Shown here: piece after piece, positions 41,701 to 50,766 of the stretch
How positions within the stretch are numbered: position 1 is the stretch's first letter
Layout: every line of letters begins with the position of its first letter
Source of the DNA: Candidatus Termititenax sp.
GTDB lineage: Bacteria; Margulisbacteria; Riflemargulisbacteria; GWF2-35-9; DYQY01
Length of the DNA stretch: 64,000 bases
Direction: 5' to 3'
NCBI GenBank assembly: GCA_020719045.1
Contig: DYQY01000002.1
Location: 70,437 to 134,436, forward strand
Notes under the pieces: model-generated
What the model was told of the DNA's origin: nothing
Database searches by the model: none
The model's input: only the letters and a program-made list of their open reading frames with translations
Made by a program: the position numbers and the translations under genes

Positions 41701-44241
41701 GTCAGGGACTACTATGCTAGATATTTCTTCAGGGATAGCATTTATCTTAACCCAAGTTATTCTTGGTTTACCATCAACGAAATATTTACCTTTTAGATTA
41801 ATAACATCTTTTTGATCACTAGCAACAAAATTAAAACTTACTCGTCCCTCTTTATCAGTTGCTAACGTATAATTTTGTAAATATTGAACTCCTCGCTTAT
41901 AAACAATATATTCGATATTAACCTTCTCATCTGGCAGTACTGCTCCATACTGATCCCTCAAAACAAATTCAATAGGTTCAGCAAGCATCTGACTCGTGAA
42001 AACATTTAATACAGGCTTACTTACTAAGTATAACTTATAGAAGCTTGGTTGCTTAGCAGATATCTTAAAAGACTGTCTTACTTTTCCAACTTGAGCAACT
42101 ACAATGTTTTCTTTGCTATCAGACTCGCCAACCTTAACTACAGCTCTCGCATAACCATCCAAATCAGTAGTTTCATCTAGATCAACAAAAGAGATATTCT
42201 TCTGCGTACTCCACTTAACCTCAGCATTTGGTATTGGGTTCTTTTTATCATCCAGAACATGAATAACTAATGGTTCAGAATTCTTTTCCCACTCAATAGT
42301 TTGATTGTTTCCAGTAACAATCTTCATTTGCGCAGCATTTCCTGGCATAACCAAAACCACAAAAGCAGCCTCATACTCAGGAACTTTTGGAGAAGAAGCA
42401 ATAACCTGAAAATAACCCACCACCTCTGGCGTTCTAAAGTTAACAATAGCAATACCATTTTTGTCTGTGCGGATTCTCTTTGCCTCTAACTCCTCAAAAG
42501 TACTTGTTTGAAAAGAAAAATCAATAGGGATATGAGGACAAGGATTACCTTTATCATCTAAAACCTTAACTTTAAAAGGTGCTTTTAATGGAATACCAAT
42601 GATTGCTTCAACTTCCTCTTGACCTAAAGCAATTATCTCAACTGGCTTTGTTGACTCACTCTGAACAGTATAAGCAAATTGAGAGTTAGTTCCTTCAAGT
42701 TTAGCAATTATTAAAGATCTACCAGAATTATCACTTAAACGATAATCAAAACTTACCTTACCCTTCTTATCAGACTTTGCTTCAGCAAAAACAAAAGGCT
42801 CGTTCTTTTCATCAATGTCTTGTTCTAATAATTGAACCTTAGCCCCTGGTACTTCATTCTTATACTGGTCATAAACTTTTAAAACAAAAGCCTTCCTCAT
42901 CAATTTACCTGCTCTTTGAAAAACCATTGCTCTATTTGTTACATCACTTATAATAAAAGGCGCCTCTGGCTCTGTTTTAAAAGCATAAACAAATTTATTA
43001 CCCTTAACATTTAGCTGAAGTTCATGATTACCTACTTTATGACCGAATCGTAAACTTACTTTTAACTTACCATTTTTATCTGTAAAAACTGTCATAGGGG
43101 TTAAAAGCAATGGATTATTCTTACCTTTTGCAGTAAAGCTCACCTTTACTCTTTCATTTGCTATTATTTCACCCAACGCATTAACAAATTCAAACTCAAC
43201 CCCATCTAACCTTGAAGCAACTTTATATATTTTTGATGTTAATTTAGTCTTAACAACAACTTCTTTTCTTTTCTGCTTCTCTATTCTTTCTGATACGACT
43301 GTTCTTTGGAAAAAGTTATTAGCGCCTCTAAATACATCAGAAACATTACTCTGCATTGTTCCAATGAAGCTATTTCCAGTCTTACTAATATTATTAACAT
43401 ATATAAAAAGATAATTATTTCTGAAAACCGCTAAAAAATGATCAGTGATTACTGAAACTCTTTTTTCAAGAACACTTACACCCTTTTCGCCAATGTGAAA
43501 TAAAGAATTATCATTACTATATGTAACATCTGCAACCTTAGATAACCCCTTACCCATAAACCCGCCAACAGGCTTTGCATTATCCTTAACAAAACCAAAT
43601 AACGATGATATAGCCTTAAATACAAATTTATTGAACTCTACAAAAAAATTCCACAATATACTTAGATATCTTGATGTTTCCCTTAAAACACCCTTAAAAA
43701 GCTTACCATATGATATTTTTGATGATTCTGTTTTATACCTAAAATCAACAACGATATTCTTAACATTAATTACAGCTCCATCTTTCTCAGAGAAAACATA
43801 CTCAGTATCAAAGACCCCATCAAATAATGGCATCTTATCTTTATTTATTGTTACTTCAGGATCTGAAACAGACGCTTTACACGATATATCCAAAATCTGT
43901 TTTTCTAAAATAGATTCTTGTGGAAAACGAAACTCTAAATTAATAAAATTTTTCTGTTTATCCATAATCGACAACTGATACAGCTTATTTGCATCATAAT
44001 CTAAGTTAACTGAACGATAAACATTATCTCTTTTCTGCCAAGCAATACTCTTATCGTTAAGTAGTACGTTCTCCAAAACAAAACTATCACCTATTAAAAA
44101 GAATGACTGATTTTTTGTATCAAAAGCTACTGATGAACGATAATCCTGTGTTGGACCATAAAAAAAGAAATATATTAATGGGATGGAAACAATAAAAAGA
44201 AGATACATGCCTAATAATATTAATAAGAGTTTCTTCTTCAT
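38776..44241 (-). CDS. Giant (1821 aa) surface or secreted protein made of many Ig-like (Big_1/invasin-like) repeats behind an N-terminal signal anchor
   Basis: At least seven recurrences of the V(x)DxxGNPVP motif block (e.g. VKVLDDKGNPCPHIPIDF, VLDDKKNPIPNAEVKW, QLVDRLNNPVPNVPLEW). No CxEQ thioester motif is present. Confidence 0.7.
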   Translation of the reverse strand: MKKKLLLILLGMYLLFIVSIPLIYFFFYGPTQDYRSSVAFDTKNQSFFLIGDSFVLENVLLNDKSIAWQKRDNVYRSVNLDYDANKLYQLSIMDKQKNFINLEFRFPQESILEKQILDISCKASVSDPEVTINKDKMPLFDGVFDTEYVFSEKDGAVINVKNIVVDFRYKTESSKISYGKLFKGVLRETSRYLSILWNFFVEFNKFVFKAISSLFGFVKDNAKPVGGFMGKGLSKVADVTYSNDNSLFHIGEKGVSVLEKRVSVITDHFLAVFRNNYLFIYVNNISKTGNSFIGTMQSNVSDVFRGANNFFQRTVVSERIEKQKRKEVVVKTKLTSKIYKVASRLDGVEFEFVNALGEIIANERVKVSFTAKGKNNPLLLTPMTVFTDKNGKLKVSLRFGHKVGNHELQLNVKGNKFVYAFKTEPEAPFIISDVTNRAMVFQRAGKLMRKAFVLKVYDQYKNEVPGAKVQLLEQDIDEKNEPFVFAEAKSDKKGKVSFDYRLSDNSGRSLIIAKLEGTNSQFAYTVQSESTKPVEIIALGQEEVEAIIGIPLKAPFKVKVLDDKGNPCPHIPIDFSFQTSTFEELEAKRIRTDKNGIAIVNFRTPEVVGYFQVIASSPKVPEYEAAFVVLVMPGNAAQMKIVTGNNQTIEWEKNSEPLVIHVLDDKKNPIPNAEVKWSTQKNISFVDLDETTDLDGYARAVVKVGESDSKENIVVAQVGKVRQSFKISAKQPSFYKLYLVSKPVLNVFTSQMLAEPIEFVLRDQYGAVLPDEKVNIEYIVYKRGVQYLQNYTLATDKEGRVSFNFVASDQKDVINLKGKYFVDGKPRITWVKINAIPEEISSIVVPDFIEGVVGSNLDKPIQVFVADNNASPVVDIFLSVRLKKAPSGAIVGKESEQVYQLKTNRQGMAEFNPILGNLKGDYIYTAKINTLEKDIVVKAVPDRPTRIRLVAKDNPRFPVFRQVSSVGAQFYDKNDNLITKGTIVYGINNAKKVLKHDFNKKVEISPTGYTVLPFQVPDNKGKYYLYVTDASYSSSVFYQFDATESGVDSLIIVDADDKSREYVAGKQYKGIYKTRVVDRYGNFVEKAKLSMDMYFGRMVTTSAGADAFTDAKGIAMFDIVMPEKAGRYNVVVYSDFDNDVKQAVVVDVKPEVLYSAVILSGNNQVLNPGASLAEVLSIKLSDIYENPMVGEQVRWSYAVDVKGENRQYIQTVKTDRRGISTFNFVADMNPGVKEIKAYYKRGGKWEYVSYYVKVLGLSVSSIKKIAGDSQEVLVGKEIPEMYVVKAFDLHGNSVQDMPIIFQLISDEKGAKGAVVLEKMSKTDVNGFAKQKFTAPVALGKYKIIAYPQFQDKLKTVFDLSVVSEKIKQKKSAEKNKDGGLLKLVPLQSEKVVVNVNDGSRLCEIQLVDRLNNPVPNVPLEWEIYEVAKDASFVRRTKTDSEGRSSMPDINRAYERKFVVKVVELNSRASVIFNVDIVKDLASEVSLNYVGLPVDAENPKQEESQADPAPVDFGDDVVVINNEKIVFNRSNKMDLFVGQQPYRLKIYNNKDRVVAGSIKVGKNRKVEKLLIEPSAMLEVLLTPDVRNNIEDVTVSIAKNRMIPWMSDKVSFKLNSKTGSIYNIAVVDRLHHSTFINQTESFSFLVVPKVGLVESKSGIELDIRILSKVDGSIKTLKRIVPIGDEYKFENTFDDPGEYSLVISSYLLANKIEYNIRVFDGEYLIRPLSGFGEYLSKKDVVRVPLSLDVIYSKTRNKVAYDAILWELVQKPLGAIVDFNRRSVTNANGIVENNVVCSPISGRYIIRARRLYSPDVFYDFVFDIK

Positions 44242-44312
44242 TTTTTCCCCTGATTATCAACTTCTATACGTATGATTAAATTTTAATATTAAACATAAGG
44301 AAGCACAAGGCA

Positions 44313-44345
44313 TACGCAGAATTCTTAAAGAAAGAATTCTGCGTA
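44313..44345. other. 14-bp perfect inverted repeat with a 5-nt loop (tACGCAGAATTCTT aaaga AAGAATTCTGCGTa). It contains two EcoRI sites, lies between the pfp stop and the giant-gene start, and has no U-tract.
   Basis: Read directly from the sequence. Confidence 0.6.
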
Positions 44346-44362
44346 AACACTCGGTAATAAAT

Positions 44363-46048
44363 CTAATAATCAAACTTTAAAGTAGAGTAAACTCTATTTA
44401 AAGCAACAGTCATAGGCATTTGCTTAGCAGAAGGTCCCCAAAGCTGTCTTGGACCAGGCGAATTAAACAAATCACTACTTGCCCAATCATCTCTCCTTGA
44501 CTCAAAAAACTGAAAAGCAGGTGAATCTAATTTAACCAATGCTTTTTCAATTACCATCTCATCATGACCATGCCTTCTCTCAATATTCAATAAACCAGTA
44601 AGCGGTATGCCAAGTATCTTTATTTCTTTATCAAAAGACGCAACTGAAGCAATATAACCAGTTTTGCCAGCCAAAATCAATGAACCAGCTGTTAATCCAA
44701 GATTATATGTATATGCTGCATCAAACAATGTAGGAGCTCCACATCTGCCTTCATAACCAAAAAAATGCTGTTGATGATTAAATGGAACTGACGAATCCAT
44801 TTCCTTAACTTTACGCTGAACCATCTCAATAATTAATCGCTCAGTAGGAATTAATGAAACTTGTAAGTTTCCATGAGAATCTCTATCAGCTAGCAACATA
44901 TCTTCAATATAATCTGGCAATGAAGCCATTAACTTTGTATTCTCTGCTGTTAACTTAGTATAAATAAACTCTCTTTTTTCCTCTTTGTCTTTATTTGCAA
45001 GAACACTAGAGAACTCAGCTACTTTATCATTTAATTCTGCAACTAGATGCTTCATTTCAGGAATAAATTCAATAATTCCTTCTGGAACAAGAACTACACC
45101 ATAGTTAATACCCTTCTTAGATCTTTCAACAACAACCTTTGCAATGCTGCTAATAATATCATCTAAGGATAACCTTTTTTCCTCAACTTCCTCAGAAATA
45201 AGACATATAGCTGGCTTTGTCTGCAATGCTACTTCTAATGCAACATGCGAAGCACTTCTTCCCATTAACTTAATAAAATGCCAATACTTTCGTGAAGATG
45301 GGGTATCTTGAAGAATATTCCCAACTAGCTCAGCATAAATCTTTGTAGCTGTATCAAAACCGAAAGAAATAGGCAACAAGTCTCCGACCTGTAAGTCACC
45401 ATCGATTGTTTTAGGACATCCGATAACTTGAACACCCATATCATAAAGATATTCCGCTAAAACAGCAGCATTAGTGTTTGAATCATCACCACCAATAACA
45501 ACTATTGCATTTAGTTCATATTTCTTACAAGTAGCTTTAACCATTGAAAACTGTTCATCAGTCTTAATCTTAGTTCTATCACTTCCTAAGTAATCAAAAC
45601 CGCCAGTATTAGCAATACTTAAAATATCCTTATCTGAAATCTCAAACAAATCTCCCTTAAGTAACCCCTTAGGTCCAGCTTTAACACCGTATAACTTGTT
45701 ATTTGTTCCTAATATTCGCTTAAGACCAACGACTACGTTATGACCTCCAGCTGCAGGTCCACCAGAAAACAATACGGCAACATTTAAGCCAGACTTAGCT
45801 GTTAAATTTGTTGCCCTAGCCTTTAAAACCTTATTGCCAGATTCTGAAACAGAGTTTTTAAATGCCTCATTTACCTTTAAGGTATCTTTATTATATAACT
45901 CTGTACCTTCTTCTTCAAAACCAACCGGCAATAATGCGCCATCTTTCAAAAAAACCTTACAAGTTGGAATATCCATTTGCTTTATTTCTTGTTCAAATAA
46001 AGAATTATGACCTTCCGTACTAATTAGCAAATCTTTTATCACTATCAA
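44363..46048 (-). CDS. pfp: Pyrophosphate-dependent 6-phosphofructokinase (PPi-PFK, long form)
   Basis: GGDDS (not GGDGS) and PKTIDGDL motifs, which are diagnostic of PPi-dependent PFKs; 561 aa. Confidence 0.85.
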   Translation of the reverse strand: MIVIKDLLISTEGHNSLFEQEIKQMDIPTCKVFLKDGALLPVGFEEEGTELYNKDTLKVNEAFKNSVSESGNKVLKARATNLTAKSGLNVAVLFSGGPAAGGHNVVVGLKRILGTNNKLYGVKAGPKGLLKGDLFEISDKDILSIANTGGFDYLGSDRTKIKTDEQFSMVKATCKKYELNAIVVIGGDDSNTNAAVLAEYLYDMGVQVIGCPKTIDGDLQVGDLLPISFGFDTATKIYAELVGNILQDTPSSRKYWHFIKLMGRSASHVALEVALQTKPAICLISEEVEEKRLSLDDIISSIAKVVVERSKKGINYGVVLVPEGIIEFIPEMKHLVAELNDKVAEFSSVLANKDKEEKREFIYTKLTAENTKLMASLPDYIEDMLLADRDSHGNLQVSLIPTERLIIEMVQRKVKEMDSSVPFNHQQHFFGYEGRCGAPTLFDAAYTYNLGLTAGSLILAGKTGYIASVASFDKEIKILGIPLTGLLNIERRHGHDEMVIEKALVKLDSPAFQFFESRRDDWASSDLFNSPGPRQLWGPSAKQMPMTVALNRVYSTLKFDY

Positions 46049-46064
46049 TTACCTCCTAAGATAA

Positions 46065-47036
46065 TTATGCTTTTCCAGCACTACCAAGAACGTTGATGTT
46101 CTTTAATTTATAAAGCTCTTTTAATGCATCTCTCGCTGGTCCAAGATATTTTCTTGGATCAAACTCGCCTGGACTATCATGAAATACTTTTCTAATAGCT
46201 GCTGTCATTGCAAGTCTTCCATCTGAGTCGATATTAATCTTACATACAGCTGATTTGGCAGCTAATCTTAATTGTTCCTCAGGAATACCAATAGCATCGG
46301 CCATTTTTCCGCCTGTAGCGTTAATGATAGCTACTAAATCTTGTGGAACTGATGAAGAACCATGAAGAACAATTGGAAAACCTGGAATCTTTCTTTCAAT
46401 TTGCTCAAGAATATCTAATCTAATCTTTGGATCTTGTCCTGGCTTAAACTTAAATGCACCATGTGAAGTACCAACAGCAATAGCTAAACTATCTACACCT
46501 GTTTTAGAAACGAATTCTTCAACTTCTTCTGGCTGTGTATACACATGATCAGCGGCTACAACATCATCTTCTACTCCAGCTAAAACACCTAGCTCACCTT
46601 CAACAGTAACATAGTTTTCTCTTGAATGAGCATATTCAACAACTTGTCTTGTTAACTTAATATTTTCTTCGAAAGAATGATGTGAACCATCAATCATAAC
46701 AGAAGAGAAACCTGTATCAATACAATCCTTACAGATCTGAAAATCAGAACCATGGTCTAAATGTAGAACTATTGGAATATTTCCACCTAATTCTTTAGCA
46801 TACTCAACCGCACCTTGTGCCATATATCTTAATAATGTCTGATTAGCATATTTTCTAGCACCAGAAGATACTTGTAAAATAACTGGAGAATTTGTCTCAA
46901 CGCATGCTTGGATAATAGCTTGCATCTGCTCCATATTATTGAAATTATAAGCTGGAATTGCATATCCACCCTTAACTGCTTTTGCAAACAACTCTTTACT
47001 ATTTACTAAACCTAACTCTTTATAACTAACTGTCAT
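46065..47036 (-). CDS. fba: Fructose-bisphosphate aldolase, class II
   Basis: Zn-binding HLDHG motif; 323 aa. Confidence 0.9.
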   Translation of the reverse strand: MTVSYKELGLVNSKELFAKAVKGGYAIPAYNFNNMEQMQAIIQACVETNSPVILQVSSGARKYANQTLLRYMAQGAVEYAKELGGNIPIVLHLDHGSDFQICKDCIDTGFSSVMIDGSHHSFEENIKLTRQVVEYAHSRENYVTVEGELGVLAGVEDDVVAADHVYTQPEEVEEFVSKTGVDSLAIAVGTSHGAFKFKPGQDPKIRLDILEQIERKIPGFPIVLHGSSSVPQDLVAIINATGGKMADAIGIPEEQLRLAAKSAVCKINIDSDGRLAMTAAIRKVFHDSPGEFDPRKYLGPARDALKELYKLKNINVLGSAGKA

Positions 47037-47050
47037 TTTACCCCTCCTAA

Positions 47051-47800
47051 TTAATAATTAATAATATCAGCGAAACTGTCGGCTTTTAAACTTGCCCCAC
47101 CTACCAATGCACCATCAATATCAGACTTACCCATTAACTCATTACTAGTTTCTGGAGTAACGCTACCACCATAAAGAATAGAAATCTGTTCAGCTACTGC
47201 TTCGCTAGTCATTGATACTAACAGCTTACGAATATACACATGAACATCATTTGCTTGTTGTGGTGTAGCTGTCTTTCCTGTACCTATTGCCCAAACTGGC
47301 TCATAAGCAATAACAATTTTCTTTAAATCATCAGCAGAAATATCTTTAAGACCTTCAGAAACCTGCTCCTTTATAACCTTCTCAACCTTACCAGCTTCTC
47401 TCTGCTCTAATGTTTCACCAACGCAATAAATAGGAGTTAAATTATTTTCAATAGCAACTTTAACTTTATTATTTAAAAACTGATTAGATTCATTAAAATA
47501 CTGTCTTCTTTCTGAATGACCAATAATAACATATTTGCAGCCAACACTCTTAAGCATAGAAGCACTAATTTCACCAGTATAAGCACCTTTTTCTTCAGTA
47601 TACATATTCTGAGCACCTAGTTTAATATCAGAATCTTTAACTATTTCATTAACAGATGATAAGTTTGTAAAAGAAGGGCAAATAACTACCTCAACCTTAT
47701 TTTTATTCTTAAATCCCTTTTTTAATTTCTCAACAAGCTGAACAGCTTCGTCAAGATCCTTGTTCATTTTCCAATTACCAGCAATAATCATTTTTCCCAT
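47051..47800 (-). CDS. tpiA: Triosephosphate isomerase
   Basis: AGNWKMN and AYEPVWAIGTG motifs. Confidence 0.9.
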   Translation of the reverse strand: MGKMIIAGNWKMNKDLDEAVQLVEKLKKGFKNKNKVEVVICPSFTNLSSVNEIVKDSDIKLGAQNMYTEEKGAYTGEISASMLKSVGCKYVIIGHSERRQYFNESNQFLNNKVKVAIENNLTPIYCVGETLEQREAGKVEKVIKEQVSEGLKDISADDLKKIVIAYEPVWAIGTGKTATPQQANDVHVYIRKLLVSMTSEAVAEQISILYGGSVTPETSNELMGKSDIDGALVGGASLKADSFADIINY

Positions 47801-47816
47801 TTTAAATCTCCCTTTC

Positions 47817-49784
47817 TTAACTTATTATCGGCACAAAAATAATTGTTATCAAAATAACAACCTTTAAAAACGCATTAATTGATGGTCCTAAAACATCTTT
47901 CATGCAATCACCGTATAAATCTGCTTCTGTAGCATTTACGTACCTTTTTGTATCTTTACCGCCCATGAAACCCTTTTCAATATAATTTTTTGCATTATCA
48001 AGCAAAACACCAGAATTCGTATAACTAATTGAAAGAAATGTTGAAACCATAATACATCCCACAAAAAAAGCAGCTAACACTTCTACACTTAAAAACCTAC
48101 CGATAATAAATGGCAGAAAGAAAACAGCAAGTGATGGCAACATTAAATCTTTAAGAATATTAATCCCATATAATCTAACAAATCTTCTCAAATCAGGAGT
48201 CGTCTTTCCCTGTCTTAAATAAGGTATCTCCTGTAGTTGAATCTTTGCCTCATCAAACATAGCAGTTACAGTATAAGAAAGTGCTCTCATAATTACTGAC
48301 ACAAAAATATATGGAAATAATCCACCAAGAAAAAGCGAAAGCATAATTACTGGATGGAACAAAGGAATACTATTATAGTTAATTCCTGATATCTGAACAA
48401 AAGATAAGAAAAAAGAAAAAGCCATGAACAATACAGCATAGGATGAAGCATGCTTACCCACTGCCGCTAACGCATTACCTGTTGAGTTCATGTATTGAAT
48501 ATCTCTTAACTGAGTCTCGTTTTTATCCATACTTGCAATACCCTTTAAAGTATCCAAAAAAGGAGCCGAAAAAGAAGATGCAACCATTAGTGGCAACATT
48601 GACACAAACCCAATGCCAACCAAAATAATCCCATAATAATCAGAAATCTTATAAGCAATAAAAACAAATACTGCAGCAATTATAATTGGGATATAAGTTG
48701 TCCTCATGCCCACTGATATTGCATTAATAATTGATAACACGGTGCTATATTGTGATAAATAAGCATTATCTTTTACTTGTTTATGAGAATCAGAAGTATA
48801 GATATCAGTAATAGCTCCAATTATTATTGAAAAAATAACGCCCATGATGATACAAACAAAAGGGCTCATTTGACTTGATAGACCTAAAAAACTACTGGTA
48901 GTAATTAATGGCAAAGTATTTGCCTTTGTAACAAAAAAAACAAAAATCGCTATAACTAATAAAGAAAAATATGTTGCATGCAATGGTTTAAGAATAGTTG
49001 CCATAAACTGCTCTCTTTTTAAAAACAGAAAAACAAAACTAATAAGGAAAGCAATAACTAAACTACCAATGCCAATAACAACAGGATAATACACTAACAT
49101 TAATGCATCATTAATATTAATAACATCTGTAATAAAATAAGCTCCTACATAAATAATTACCGCCACAAACATCCCGATAAATGCTTCTATTAAATTTATA
49201 TTAATAGCTAATCCGCTATTTAAAAAATCACCTACTTTATCTGCTAAAGAGGAAACATTTCTTAAATCATTAACATTAATATCGGCCTCTTCTCTAGCAA
49301 GTAGCTCTGATGATATATCAGCCCCCTTAGCAAACAACCCTCCACCCACTTGAAGAAAAAAGGAAACAATAGCCATACCCATCAAATAATAAAGAGTGGA
49401 CATTGCTCCATATATAAATAAAACGATGAAAAGACCCAATAACGGTGTAACAGTCAAAAATATTGAAAAGAAAATACCAACAGCATAGTAAAGATCAAAT
49501 AACTTTGAAGAATTATCTAAAAGCGATATTTCTTTTCTTTCTACAAACTTAAAGGCAATAGGAAACGCGAAGTAAGCACAAAAAATAGTTAATAGTCCAC
49601 CAATAAAAAAAGAAATTACATTCGTTAAAACTACAGATGCACCAAATAAGAATGATAAAACAACGAGAATAACCATAAAGGCAACTAGAAGTAATGAACT
49701 AAAAATAAAGTATCTTCTTAATAAATATATAAAGTTCTCTCTTATAAGATTAATTATATTATTAAAAAGCTCTTTACCTTCCAT
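47817..49784 (-). CDS. Membrane-bound pyrophosphatase family protein (M-PPase/HppA-like) with a divergent catalytic motif set
   Basis: 655 aa, polytopic. GGGLFAKGAD...ADKVGD, GNALAAVGK and YGDCMKDVLGPSINAFLK parallel the M-PPase motifs GGGIxTKAADVGADL...DNVGDNVGD, GNTTAAIGKG and GDPFKDTxGPSLNILIK, with several substitutions. Confidence 0.6.
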   Translation of the reverse strand: MEGKELFNNIINLIRENFIYLLRRYFIFSSLLLVAFMVILVVLSFLFGASVVLTNVISFFIGGLLTIFCAYFAFPIAFKFVERKEISLLDNSSKLFDLYYAVGIFFSIFLTVTPLLGLFIVLFIYGAMSTLYYLMGMAIVSFFLQVGGGLFAKGADISSELLAREEADINVNDLRNVSSLADKVGDFLNSGLAININLIEAFIGMFVAVIIYVGAYFITDVININDALMLVYYPVVIGIGSLVIAFLISFVFLFLKREQFMATILKPLHATYFSLLVIAIFVFFVTKANTLPLITTSSFLGLSSQMSPFVCIIMGVIFSIIIGAITDIYTSDSHKQVKDNAYLSQYSTVLSIINAISVGMRTTYIPIIIAAVFVFIAYKISDYYGIILVGIGFVSMLPLMVASSFSAPFLDTLKGIASMDKNETQLRDIQYMNSTGNALAAVGKHASSYAVLFMAFSFFLSFVQISGINYNSIPLFHPVIMLSLFLGGLFPYIFVSVIMRALSYTVTAMFDEAKIQLQEIPYLRQGKTTPDLRRFVRLYGINILKDLMLPSLAVFFLPFIIGRFLSVEVLAAFFVGCIMVSTFLSISYTNSGVLLDNAKNYIEKGFMGGKDTKRYVNATEADLYGDCMKDVLGPSINAFLKVVILITIIFVPIIS

Positions 49785-49802
49785 GAATACCTCGTATTTT
49801 TT

Positions 49803-49878
49803 TGGTGCACCGTGAAGGATTCGAACCTTCGACCCTCTGATTAAGAGTCAGATGCTCTACCAACTGAGCTAACGGTGC
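49803..49878 (-). tRNA. tRNA-Lys (anticodon CTT)
   Basis: Cloverleaf folded manually: acceptor GCACCGT, anticodon loop CTCTTAA, T-loop TTCGAAT, encoded CCA. Confidence 0.85.
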
Positions 49879-49944
49879 ATTAATTTTTTGCATCATCAGT
49901 ATACCAGAAACTAATACCTTGAACAATAAATAAGTATGCAAAGA

Positions 49945-50022
49945 ATGGCGCGCTCGAAGAGACTTGAACTCCCGACACACGGATTCGAAGTCCGTTGCTC
50001 TATCCAGCTGAGCTACGAGCGC
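49945..50022 (-). tRNA. tRNA-Arg (anticodon TCG)
   Basis: Cloverleaf folded manually: acceptor GCGCTCG, anticodon stem ACGGA/TCCGT, loop CTTCGAA, encoded CCA. Confidence 0.8.
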
Positions 50023-50055
50023 GTTTATATCATATTAAAGTATATCTTTTTATGG

Positions 50056-50766
50056 TTATTTGAACAACTTGAACCAAGCGTATTTAATTGTTTCCGCAAC
50101 TGTTAATAAACCATATGTACAACTGCGAATAAAATTAATAGAAGACGCTTCTGGAAAATACCTAACAGGAACTTGAATTTCTCCGATTCTGAAACCCTTC
50201 AGCAGTGAATTAAATAACATCTGACTATCAAAAACAAAATCGTCAGAATGCCTATGATAATCAACTTCTTTTAAAACTTCTGATTTAAACGCACGCATAC
50301 CAGTATGCCACTCAGATAAGTTTTGACCACTAAAAAGATTCTGGAACAAGGTCAAAAACCTATTAGATATATACTTATATAAAGGCATGCCCCCTGCTAA
50401 TGCTTCTTTTCTGCTTCTTATTCTTGAACCAAGAACAACATCGCAAAGGTTAATCTCTAACATCTCTATCATTAGAGGAATCAACTTAGGATCATACTGA
50501 TAGTCAGGATGAAGCATAACAACAAACTTGGGATTAAACTCAAGTGCTTTATCGTAGCAAGTTTTTTGATTGCCACCATAGCCTTTATTCTGTTCATGAA
50601 CGAACACCTTAATGCCAAGTTTCTTTGCAACAGAAACTGTTTCATCACTACTTGCATCATCAACCAATAAAACCTGCAAATCTTTACTAGCTGGAATTTC
50701 ACTAACTACCTTTGTTACTGTCTTTGCAGCATTATAAGCTGGCAGAACCACAACTGTTTTAATCAC
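50056..50766 (-). CDS. GT2 family glycosyltransferase (polyprenyl-phosphate sugar synthase-like, DPM1/GtrB/ArnC-type)
   Basis: VLPAYNAA...LLVDDASSDET GT-A fold N-terminus; 236 aa; the start overlaps the upstream GT-C gene. Confidence 0.75.
   Translation of the reverse strand: MIKTVVVLPAYNAAKTVTKVVSEIPASKDLQVLLVDDASSDETVSVAKKLGIKVFVHEQNKGYGGNQKTCYDKALEFNPKFVVMLHPDYQYDPKLIPLMIEMLEINLCDVVLGSRIRSRKEALAGGMPLYKYISNRFLTLFQNLFSGQNLSEWHTGMRAFKSEVLKEVDYHRHSDDFVFDSQMLFNSLLKGFRIGEIQVPVRYFPEASSINFIRSCTYGLLTVAETIKYAWFKLFK

Noticed and set aside
39479-43978. Antisense and embedded ORFs inside the giant gene (39479-39781, 42301-42489, 43631-43978). The same applies to similar ORFs inside other large genes: 10864-11091, 11273-11611, 25181-25480 and 61052-61399.
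   Set aside because: They are short and low-complexity, and they lie fully inside well-supported long CDSs on the opposite strand.
38776-44241. Giant protein as a bacterial alpha-2-macroglobulin
   Set aside because: No CxEQ thioester motif and very few cysteines. The repeat pattern fits Big_1/invasin-like Ig domains better.
49774-49980. 68-aa ORF on the minus strand
   Set aside because: It lies entirely over tRNA-Lys and tRNA-Arg, which explains the GC-rich, stop-poor stretch.
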